From Desulfotalea psychrophila LSv54 (GTDB lineage Bacteria; Desulfobacterota; Desulfobulbia; Desulfobulbales; Desulfocapsaceae): a stretch of 32,000 nt of DNA. Shown here one piece after another: positions 1 to 7,444 of this stretch. How positions within the stretch are numbered: the stretch's first letter is position 1; each line of letters begins with the position of its first letter. A program made the position numbers and the translations under genes. The stretch lies in assembly GCF_000025945.1 (NCBI RefSeq), contig NC_006138.1:1620001-1652000 (forward strand). Reading direction: 5' to 3'. Under the pieces are notes generated by a model. It did no database searches, was not told the origin of the DNA, and was given only the letters and a program-made list of their open reading frames with translations.

Positions 1-423
1 GCTGTGCCGCCTCTGCGTGATCGACTTGGCGATGTGCCTCTGCTGGCCCGATACTTTGCCGAGAAGTTTGCTGGCAAAAATGGCAGGACCCTTAATGCCA
101 TCACCCCCCTCTGTCTGGAGGTTTTACAGGTCTACCGCTGGCCGGGTAATGTCCGGGAGTTGGAGAATGCCATTGAGCGGGGAATTATCATGATGCGTGG
201 CGATCAGCTCACCGAACAGACCCTGCCCCTCTCCCTGCAAAAACAGAAGGAGCAGACCCAGCATGCCAGAATGAGGGGCCGCTCACTCTTTGAGGCAGAG
301 AAAATACTCATCGAGCAGACAATGCAGGAGACCGAGGGCAATAAGAGTGAGGCGTCCAGAAGGCTTGGCATCACCCGTAAGACCCTGCAGAACAAACTCA
401 ATAAGTATTTGGCATCTCAGTAG
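1..423 (+). CDS. sigma-54-dependent (NtrC/Fis family) transcriptional activator, C-terminal part; the 5' end lies outside the window
   Basis: Frame 1 is open from base 1. The translation ends the AAA+ sigma54-interaction domain (WPGNVRELENAIERG) and continues into a Fis-type HTH (SEASRRLGITRKTLQNKLNKY). Stop TAG 421-423. Confidence 0.85.
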   Translation, partial: AVPPLRDRLGDVPLLARYFAEKFAGKNGRTLNAITPLCLEVLQVYRWPGNVRELENAIERGIIMMRGDQLTEQTLPLSLQKQKEQTQHARMRGRSLFEAEKILIEQTMQETEGNKSEASRRLGITRKTLQNKLNKYLASQ

Positions 424-494
424 GCAGGGCAGGGGCCGGTGAGCTATGGGTTCTAGCCAGCTTGCCTTTAAGGAAAAAACAGTGGGGGGAAGAT

Positions 495-1799
495 ATGAGA
501 ACTGATATTGTTCACATAGGTGCGGGTGAGCTCACCTATGAAATTAGAAATATTGTGGAGGTTGGTCAGCGTCTGCAACGACTTGGGGTGGAGGTCAATT
601 GGGAAAATATCGGTGATCCCATCGCCAAGGGAGAGGAGGTTCCGTCCTGGATGAAGGCTCTTGTGGCCGAGGCCGTGCAGGATGATGCCAGCTATGGCTA
701 CTCTCCCACCAAGGGTGTGCTGGCAACCCGTCGGTTTATCGCCGCAGAGACCAATAAGAAGGGTGCTGTTCAGATTAGCGCCGAGGATATTATCTTTTTT
801 AATGGACTTGGTGATGCGATTTCAAAGATATTTGGTTTTCTCAAGCGCACTGCCCGGGTGCTGGTGCCGACCCCGAGCTATACCACTCACTCTTCGGCCG
901 AGGCCGCCCATTCCGGTGATAAACCTCTGACCTATAAGCTTGACCCTCATAATGACTGGTATCCCGACATTGCCGATATAGAGCGGCGGGTGAAGTATAA
1001 TCCCATGGTGGCCGGAATTCTGATCATCAACCCCGATAATCCCACTGGTGCTGTTTATCCGGTGGAGATCCTTAGGGCCATTGTTGATATTGCCCGTCGC
1101 TATGACCTGTTTCTGATCTGTGACGAGGTCTATCAAAACATCATCTATAACGGTAAAAAAACGGCAAGCCTTGCCGAGGTTATCGGCGAGGTGCCCGGCT
1201 TTGCCATGCGCGGTGCCTCAAAGGAGATGCCCTGGCCGGGTGCCCGCTGTGGCTGGATAGAGGTCTATAATGCCGATCGCGATCCCATGTTTCAGCGCTA
1301 TATCGATTCGATCTTCAACGCCAAGATGCTTGAGGTCTGCTCGACCACCCTGCCCCAGATTGTCTACCCCAGGGTGGTAACCCATGCCGAATACCCTGGC
1401 TATCTGCAGAGTCGGATAGCGCGTTATCAGAGATTTTCCAAAATTGCCTACGATTGCTTAAAAGATATCGAAGGTATCCTGGTCAATCAGGCAAATGGCG
1501 CATTTTATATGAGTGTCTGTTTTGAGGACGGTGTTCTTAACAGCGGCCAGAGCCTGGCTATTGCCAGAGATGAGGTCCGGACCATGGTCGAAGATCTGGT
1601 CTTCTCTGCCGATACTGCCCTTGATAAGAGGTTTGTCTACTATCTGTTGGGCGCCACCGGTGTCTGTGTGGTCCCTCTGACCTCCTTTGCCTCGGATATC
1701 AACGGCTTTCGAGTGACCCTGCTTGAACGCGACGAGGCCGAGTTCATCCGTATTTTTACGGTCATAGCCGCCGCAATCAGAACCTATTTAAAAAGTTAG
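495..1799 (+). CDS. pyridoxal-phosphate-dependent aminotransferase, class I/II (alanine/aspartate aminotransferase-like)
   Basis: 434-aa ORF with class I/II aminotransferase features (GDPIAKGEE, YSPTKG, NPDNPTG, and SKEMPWPGARCGW with the PLP lysine). ATG 495 follows a G-rich RBS (gggggga); the track's TTG 462 is a less likely start. Confidence 0.85.
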   Translation: MRTDIVHIGAGELTYEIRNIVEVGQRLQRLGVEVNWENIGDPIAKGEEVPSWMKALVAEAVQDDASYGYSPTKGVLATRRFIAAETNKKGAVQISAEDIIFFNGLGDAISKIFGFLKRTARVLVPTPSYTTHSSAEAAHSGDKPLTYKLDPHNDWYPDIADIERRVKYNPMVAGILIINPDNPTGAVYPVEILRAIVDIARRYDLFLICDEVYQNIIYNGKKTASLAEVIGEVPGFAMRGASKEMPWPGARCGWIEVYNADRDPMFQRYIDSIFNAKMLEVCSTTLPQIVYPRVVTHAEYPGYLQSRIARYQRFSKIAYDCLKDIEGILVNQANGAFYMSVCFEDGVLNSGQSLAIARDEVRTMVEDLVFSADTALDKRFVYYLLGATGVCVVPLTSFASDINGFRVTLLERDEAEFIRIFTVIAAAIRTYLKS

Positions 1800-1864
1800 A
1801 TGTTGGAGGGTGGATGGATAGGCAAAGGTTAAGCTGTGCGCAGAGTTTTGCCAGGAGCTACTCC

Positions 1865-1883
1865 TCACCTTGGCGAGGGGAGG
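1865..1883. repeat. 19-nt direct repeat copy 1 (tcaccttggcgaggggagg)
   Basis: Exact 19-nt match to 2554-2572. It can fold as a short CTCCTC/GGGGAG hairpin. Confidence 0.8.
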
Positions 1884-2553
1884 ATGGGTGGGGTGCGTGG
1901 CTTTTTCTTGATGTTGTTTTCTTTCAGCTCTTTTGCCTAAAACTTCCCCTCAAAGAGGTGGAGGTGACGTAGTACAGCATAATATTTAAAATTTCGGGTT
2001 AAGCTGTTTTAGCTATATATGTTTGTTATTCAGTATTTTCTTTTACTCAAATGCGAATCAGTAGTGTGGCTTGACCATACGACGAAAGAAAGAGCCCCGC
2101 CACTCCGGCCCTCTGGGCACCCTGCGCTCCTCAAAATTTGCGGGAGTTTGAAACTCGCTACGCTCAAACAGGTCAAACTCCTTTATCGCAAATTTTTTCG
2201 GTGCTCAGCTCCGTGTCAACGGGGATAGCCCAGGCAAGGTCCATTTTTGAAATGAGAACGGATGGCCCCATTCCAGCCAGTAAATTTTTTTTTCCGGTCT
2301 TAAAGTTGTTTATTTGTGTCTCCGTGCTTGACTATTCCTCTCCCCTCCTTTTGGAAAAACTGTGTCTTTTGCAGTAGCTATGGGGGAGAACCCTGTCCTG
2401 CACCCTTGCTTTTTCTCGCATCTGTTTTTTTGTCCTTTAACTTAAGGAATCCTTTCTCTGTGTTCTCGGTTCCAGTGGTTAGCCGCTTTTTTTGGCTGAC
2501 AGCGATAGCTCGCCATTCCGCTGCGCTCCACTGCTACAACTGACAGCTTGTAG

Positions 2554-2572
2554 TCACCTTGGCGAGGGGAGG
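2554..2572. repeat. 19-nt direct repeat copy 2 (tcaccttggcgaggggagg)
   Basis: Exact 19-nt match to 1865-1883. The two copies bracket ~670 bp of ORF-poor DNA. Confidence 0.8.
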
Positions 2573-2773
2573 TGTGCTGTGCTGTGCTTAATTTTTTCCA
2601 CAGTAGATCGGGGGGAGCTTCGATCTGTGCCTCAATGTAAGGCATCTCTTTTAGGTTTTTCATTCAAGCTGTTCTGTGCTCTCCAAGCAGTTGTGAACGC
2701 TTTTTCGTCGCGTCGCCACAGACCAGCCCATTTTGGGTGAAAAAAATGCTTTCGCCTCAAGGGGAGAGAGGGA

Positions 2774-4483
2774 CTACTCCTTTTCTGTGAAAAGCTGTCC
2801 ATTTTCTATACGCATTTGCTTTTGCGGGAAGAGGTAGTTATTCTCGGCAGCTATGTACTTCGCATAATCTTCTTGCTTGAGTGCCAGCAGGGCCCCGGCG
2901 TACATCTTATAAAAAACAGGACGTGGTTCGTATTTGATCCAGTCTCTCATGTAGCTAAGAAACTGATTAAGATCCTCTTTGTTTCCTGTGCTTATGGCAA
3001 CGTTATAGCGCATAATCAGGTTATAGCTTGTGAGCATGTCGGATAAGCCAATGGGGTTGATGACTTGTGAGAATAGAGTTGTTGCTTTTGTTTTGTCGAA
3101 TTTTCTAACGAGATAAAGTGTGTGTAGGTTTGTGAGCATAAATAGCATGGTGCATACCACGAGTATCGGTGTTAATGCTCGTAAAGCAAAGGTATATTCG
3201 ACAGCGAAACTATACTCTTTACTGTGGTCCGTAAGCCATATGAGAAAGATAAATAATATCCAGGGACTTGCCGCATGATAAAAGGGGAGCTCAAGCATAC
3301 AGTGGATGGCCAGTGGGGCGAAAAGTGCAAGGAATATTAGCTTTTGTTTGCTTTTGCGGAGTTGCCAGAAGAAATAGGCCATTAGCAAAAAGATACCGAC
3401 AACAGAGACCAAGCCACCCTCTACTGCCCAGTAAAGTAATTCGTTGTGGGGATGTTCCAGTTTGTCTGGTCCGAGGGCGATGTTTTGATCTTCTGTGTAT
3501 GCCTTTGCCTGGTGGTTTAAGTAAGACCATTCAAAATTACCGTAGCCCCAGCCAAGAACGGGGTGTTCAGTAACCATTTTGAAGCTACGCGTATAGATGG
3601 CCTTTCGTATGCCCATTGACGAGACCTGTTCGAGACTCCTTCCATCTGTTTTGGAGAGCTGGATAGATGCCATACCTAAGAGGATTCCTGAAATCATCAG
3701 GCCTAGCCAGATATTACGTAATTTAAGTTGGCTTTTAAAGCTGCTATAGCTGCCCAGATATCCCAAAATCATAACCACACCAAGACCAAGGGTCCCGGCC
3801 CGCGATTGGGTAAGCATAACGGCAAGAGGGCAAATTAATGAACAGGCTAATAATGTTATTTTTAAGTAGCTGTTGCAGGAGTCCTGTCTGCTCTGCTGGA
3901 GCAGGAGGTAGAGGGATAGGGCCACGCCCGTTGCCATAAATGATGCGGCAACATTTACCTGTTGGAAGACACCATATGGGCGGTACTCAATATTGTAGTT
4001 AAGCCAGTTGTTTTCTGTAAGGAGGAAGAATTGGCCCAGGATAAAAATAGCCTCAATGGCAATGCCAAAGAGCACTATATAGCTGAGTTTGAACATTGCT
4101 CCAGACGTTTTGGGTACCTGCTGTAGGGCTATAAAGAACAGTAACCCGGCAACGAGTCCAAGGCCCCGACCTGCACTTTCAGCTGTAAGGAGCTCGTCGG
4201 CAAACCAATTTTCCGGGTAGAGATAGGGGAGGCTCATCAGGCAAACTGAAGCAATAAAGAACCAGGTCGTTTTGCTAAGGGTGAGTTCTTTTTGTTGGAT
4301 GATCCGGTAGCAGCAGCTTGCAATTAATAGGGCAACGAAACACCATGTCATATTGCTAGATGGTATTTCAAGACCTGATCCGCCGCTATTATATTGAAAA
4401 TAATGGATAGCGCCTAGCCACAGGCAAGCCCAAAAAAAAACGAAATATTTTGAAATTGGAGTGAATTCTTTAGTCATGGTCAT
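2774..4483 (-). CDS. O-antigen ligase (Wzy_C) family membrane protein with a C-terminal soluble extension; likely pilin O-oligosaccharyltransferase (PglL/TfpO-like)
   Basis: 569-aa polytopic membrane protein with the ligase-type loop LEHPHNELLYWAVEGGLVS. It lies immediately downstream of a major pilin gene on the same strand, as tfpO does after pilA in P. aeruginosa group I strains. Confidence 0.75.
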   Translation of the reverse strand: MTMTKEFTPISKYFVFFWACLWLGAIHYFQYNSGGSGLEIPSSNMTWCFVALLIASCCYRIIQQKELTLSKTTWFFIASVCLMSLPYLYPENWFADELLTAESAGRGLGLVAGLLFFIALQQVPKTSGAMFKLSYIVLFGIAIEAIFILGQFFLLTENNWLNYNIEYRPYGVFQQVNVAASFMATGVALSLYLLLQQSRQDSCNSYLKITLLACSLICPLAVMLTQSRAGTLGLGVVMILGYLGSYSSFKSQLKLRNIWLGLMISGILLGMASIQLSKTDGRSLEQVSSMGIRKAIYTRSFKMVTEHPVLGWGYGNFEWSYLNHQAKAYTEDQNIALGPDKLEHPHNELLYWAVEGGLVSVVGIFLLMAYFFWQLRKSKQKLIFLALFAPLAIHCMLELPFYHAASPWILFIFLIWLTDHSKEYSFAVEYTFALRALTPILVVCTMLFMLTNLHTLYLVRKFDKTKATTLFSQVINPIGLSDMLTSYNLIMRYNVAISTGNKEDLNQFLSYMRDWIKYEPRPVFYKMYAGALLALKQEDYAKYIAAENNYLFPQKQMRIENGQLFTEKE

Positions 4484-4672
4484 TTTTTTGGAAAGGAGAG
4501 GCTTTGGCTGGGTAAGGTGTGTGGGATAATTAGCTCACAGCTTCTCCAGTGAGAGTAGGATTTGTAGCAGCCTTGTTAGATATTGGTCTTATCTGTCTTT
4601 GGAGTATTGTTAATATGTTACTTCTTTTGCGGGATGGCTGTTAGGGTAATTGTTTGATTAGGGGAGGGGGCC

Positions 4673-4707
4673 AATAGAAGTTAGTTCGAAGAGAACTAAC
4701 TTCTATT
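4673..4707 (-). terminator. perfect 15-bp stem / 5-nt loop hairpin between the pilin gene and the O-OTase gene (attenuator or mRNA-stabilising hairpin)
   Basis: aatagaagttagttc-gaaga-gaactaacttctatt, 13 nt after the pilA stop. On the minus-strand transcript no U-run follows it, so it is not a textbook intrinsic terminator. Confidence 0.45.
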
Positions 4708-4719
4708 CTTTATTAATTA

Positions 4720-5148
4720 TTAACGACAGTTTGCTGGGACATAATTATCCATGTCGGTGCCTGTGTTTGTACATGTCCAAGTTAAGCCAGCTCCTGTTGT
4801 TGATAATGATGGAGTGAGAACAATAGTGGCATCAAGTAGAACTGGAGCCTTAAAGGTAACAGTAATAACTCCACTGGCTCCTATTCCGAGTGATTTAACG
4901 ATGTCTGTATCGACAGTAGAGATACCTGCCTCAGCCAGACTTGTTGGCAAAACATTTTGAGATTGATAGTACTCGCTAACCGCTGTCTTGGCAGCACCGG
5001 CCATATTGAGGCCCTCTGTTACCTTGGCCCGTTTAGTGTAGTTCTGATACTGAGGAATAGCTACAGCTGCCAAAATTCCGATGATTGCCACAACGATCAT
5101 CAGCTCGATAAGTGTAAAGCCCTGTTGGTTCTTGAGTGCCTTTTTCAT
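4720..5148 (-). CDS. pilA: type IVa major pilin (prepilin)
   Basis: [10 protein letters not shown]|[24 protein letters not shown] has a class III signal peptide with Gly-1/Phe+1/Glu+5. The C-terminal Cys pair ([19 protein letters not shown]) is a D-region disulfide loop. RBS AGGAGA lies 5 nt upstream. Confidence 0.9.
   Translation of the reverse strand: MKKALKNQQGFTLIELMIVVAIIGILAAVAIPQYQNYTKRAKVTEGLNMAGAAKTAVSEYYQSQNVLPTSLAEAGISTVDTDIVKSLGIGASGVITVTFKAPVLLDATIVLTPSLSTTGAGLTWTCTNTGTDMDNYVPANCR
5041..5148. repeat. 108-nt near-identical 5' coding block shared with the second pilin gene
   Basis: Aligned by eye to 6295-6402: 6 mismatches in 108 nt, all synonymous. Confidence 0.85.
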
Positions 5149-5174
5149 TTGTCTCTCCTATGACATTGATTGAT

Positions 5175-5184
5175 GGGGGGGGGG
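5175..5184. repeat. homopolymeric G10 tract (C10 on the pilin-coding strand), 27-36 nt upstream of the pilA start codon
   Basis: tgatGGGGGGGGGGaattg read directly from the sequence. Confidence 0.9.
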
Positions 5185-5946
5185 AATTGAACTGGCCTTA
5201 AACATTCACCAGGCCATGAGTTTGCGACCCTAGGAAAATGTTATCACAGGCATCTAGGTGATATCAATGTTTATGCCCCACTTCGGGGAGAATGTTTTCA
5301 CCTCCGGGAGGAGGAACCACCCCGATTTGTCTGGAGCAGTTTATTTCTATGGGGTCTTGTCTTTTTGCGATGAATCAATGGTCTGGACAGGCTTTGGAAC
5401 TGTCTTGTCGCTGGCTGACCTGTGCTGTTGGGGCGACGGATATGGGCAATGAGGGCGTAGATGATGGAGATAGTAGACCGGCGTAACTGGAAGGCAAAAA
5501 GAGTCATAGAGATTTGTGATAGGGGATGTGTTGGGATGATCTGGGCTGGCAGAGGCAGATGGTAAAGAGGGTAATAACTAGCTTGTATTTGGCCGGATGT
5601 GCCGGGTTGAAAAATGGGGATAAAGCGATCGTTAGAAAGAGTACGAGAAGGGTAGAAAGGACAGGGGTATTTGCCGTCTCTTTCCCAGATGGAATCTATC
5701 CAGCTAGCTGTGTTTATCTTTTCCTAAGATACTATTGGTTGAGTAAATTTTTAATTATCACAGGAAAATATTGTTCAGTGGCAGTTGTTTCTTACTAAAA
5801 GCCCCAGTCTGTAAAAAGTCGCAATTTGATATATTACTCTTTTCAACTATACCTATCCAGGACATAAAACAACCGCCCCAGTTTTATCCAGGACGGCTTT
5901 TGGGCTTTGGCGATTATTTTACGTTACAAATAGTATGGAAAATAAT

Positions 5947-6402
5947 CTATATATTATTTTTTATAATTGCAGCCAAAGCAGCACTCTGTGTTACCGTAGT
6001 TGTGTTATTCCATGTGATAGTAGTGGTGCCAATAGTCGGCGTAAGGGTGATTACCAGGTCATCTACACCGGTGCCTATGCCATCTTCTAATGTGAGGGTT
6101 ATTATGCCAGCAGCTACTGTACCCGTAAGCGCTTCTTTAGTTGGTGTAAAGGCAGGGATCTCGGTAACAGTGTCTGCGGTGGTGGTGTTGCAGGTAGTTA
6201 GTATACCACCAGCTTCCTGCGCACAAACGGCAACAGCCGTTTTCAAGCTGTCGACAGAAGTGAGTGCATTTCCGACTTTGGCTTTAATAGTATAGTTTTG
6301 ATACTGAGGAATAGCCACGGCTGCCAAAATTCCGATGATTGCCACAACGATCATCAGCTCGATAAGGGTGAAACCCTGTTGGTTCTTGAGTGCCTTTTTC
6401 AT
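5947..6402 (-). CDS. type IV pilin paralog, Thr-rich, without a C-terminal disulfide loop
   Basis: The first 38 aa are identical to the pilin at 4720-5148 ([38 protein letters not shown]). The C-terminal half is divergent and T-rich. RBS AGGAGA lies upstream. Confidence 0.9.
   Translation of the reverse strand: MKKALKNQQGFTLIELMIVVAIIGILAAVAIPQYQNYTIKAKVGNALTSVDSLKTAVAVCAQEAGGILTTCNTTTADTVTEIPAFTPTKEALTGTVAAGIITLTLEDGIGTGVDDLVITLTPTIGTTTITWNNTTTVTQSAALAAIIKNNI
6295..6402. repeat. 108-nt near-identical 5' coding block shared with pilA at 5041-5148
   Basis: See 5041-5148. Confidence 0.85.
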
Positions 6403-6454
6403 TTTTTCTCCTTGTTATGATGCTAGAATGTTGGAACTCTGTTTCCCCTTAACT

Positions 6455-6470
6455 AGCAGTTTATATGCCA
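6455..6470 (-). promoter_or_regulatory. candidate sigma54 (-24/-12) promoter for the pilin gene at 5947-6402
   Basis: The minus strand reads TGGCATataaaCTGCT, close to the consensus TGGCAC-N5-TTGCW with correct GG-N10-GC spacing. The GC dinucleotide is 54 nt upstream of the ATG. Confidence 0.55.
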
Positions 6471-6827
6471 ATTTCCATTTGTCCCTAAAATTTGTTGTAT
6501 TCGCCTTTTTAATAGGGCTGTTCTCTCTGGTAAATGATCAAGGCCTGCGCCCTCCTGTCAGGGGCGGCGTAGTCTACCTCGTGCCAGTCCCTATCCTGCC
6601 CTGTACCTCCACCAGAAAAAAACATAATTCTTTGAGGTTTGGGTCTTATCTGTTCATGTGGATGGGGAGATGGGGCTGGGCCTCTGGGCAGGCAAGTGAG
6701 TCTTTGATTGTTAGGTTGTTAGGTGTTCAGGCATAACAGGAGCATGTTATAAGAAAATAGGGATGATAATAAGGGCTAAGGCCTTTTTAGACCCTTTCTG
6801 TTTTTATCATCGCCTGTTTCTGTCTGT

Positions 6828-6868
6828 GGTGACCTTTATTGTCAGCTGGGGTGACGTTTTTTGTCACC
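6828..6868. promoter_or_regulatory. two tandem dyads GGTGAC-N7-GTCA(G/C)C, candidate transcription-factor or enhancer-binding sites
   Basis: GGTGACctttattGTCAGC (6828-6846) and the perfect GGTGACgttttttGTCACC (6850-6868), with centres 22 bp apart, in the divergent region between the pilin gene and the plus-strand minor-pilin operon. Confidence 0.35.
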
Positions 6869-7054
6869 TCAGCTCTTGTCGAGGCACAGGAGTTCTTTTG
6901 TGAGCTTTTTTTCTGGTGAGCTGTGACTGTTATAGTGACATAATTGTGATTATATTATTGCGTATTGCGCTGATTAATTGTTATTAATGGCACTATTTTG
7001 TTTTGTCATCTTACAATATGGTGAATTTTATTGAACTGTGGAGGGGGAGAGAGA

Positions 7055-7441
7055 GTGCAAAACAGAAAGAGAGATGGCTTCACCCTTATTGAGGTGATGA
7101 TCGTGGTGGCAATTATTGGCATACTGGCGGCCATTGCCATTCCCAGTTATAGAAGCTTTATCACGAGGGCTCGTTGCCAAGAGGTGGTGGCCCCGGTCCA
7201 TGACGTTATGGTGAGATTGGTAGGAGGCTATGCCGAGGATAATTCTACCCCTAAAGAAGATTTTAAGGCATCTCATACCATCAATGGAGTTCTCCTTAAC
7301 TATCCCGCAAATGTTCAGATAAGTTTTAAATCTGACGCTGCAGGTGCTTTTGCCGTGCAGGGTAAGAGAACGAATCCTGCCTGCTCAGATGGTGACGGTA
7401 TCTATGTTTTGCTAGAAGGACAGACCCAAGGAGTATGGTAA
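7055..7441 (+). CDS. type IV pilin-like protein (PilE-like), first gene of the plus-strand minor-pilin operon
   Basis: VQNRKRDG|[24 protein letters not shown] prepilin N-terminus. GTG 7055 follows the RBS ggagggggagagaga; the track start TTG 7031 would give an unusually long leader. Confidence 0.8.
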   Translation: MQNRKRDGFTLIEVMIVVAIIGILAAIAIPSYRSFITRARCQEVVAPVHDVMVRLVGGYAEDNSTPKEDFKASHTINGVLLNYPANVQISFKSDAAGAFAVQGKRTNPACSDGDGIYVLLEGQTQGVW

Positions 7442-7444
7442 GAG

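Noticed and set aside
2019-2740. Several 69-82-aa ORFs on both strands in the long convergent spacer
   Set aside because: They overlap one another, lack RBS-like sequences, and have Cys/Ser/Leu/Phe-rich nonsense-like translations.
5212-5226. GGccatgagtttGC with sigma54-like GG-N10-GC spacing
   Set aside because: It lies on the plus strand and points away from pilA, into a spacer with no gene.
5190-5300. c-di-GMP (GEMM-I)-like riboswitch in the pilA leader, suggested by GGGTCGCAAAC on the minus strand
   Set aside because: Only the GACGCAAA-like fragment resembles the motif. There is no GGCAAACC element and no GNRA tetraloop/receptor pair, and the flanking helices are short and do not fit the two-hairpin architecture.
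5771-6295. 174-aa plus-strand ORF overlapping the Thr-rich pilin gene
   Set aside because: It is antisense to a pilin with an unmistakable prepilin N-terminus, and its V/T/A-rich translation is just the complement of the Thr/Ala codons.
6988-7005. TGGCAC-tattt-TGTTT upstream of the plus-strand minor-pilin operon, as a sigma54 promoter
   Set aside because: It has a perfect -24 hexamer, but the near-invariant GC of the -12 element is missing (TT instead). A TACAAT -10-like box at 7012-7017 is an equally weak alternative.
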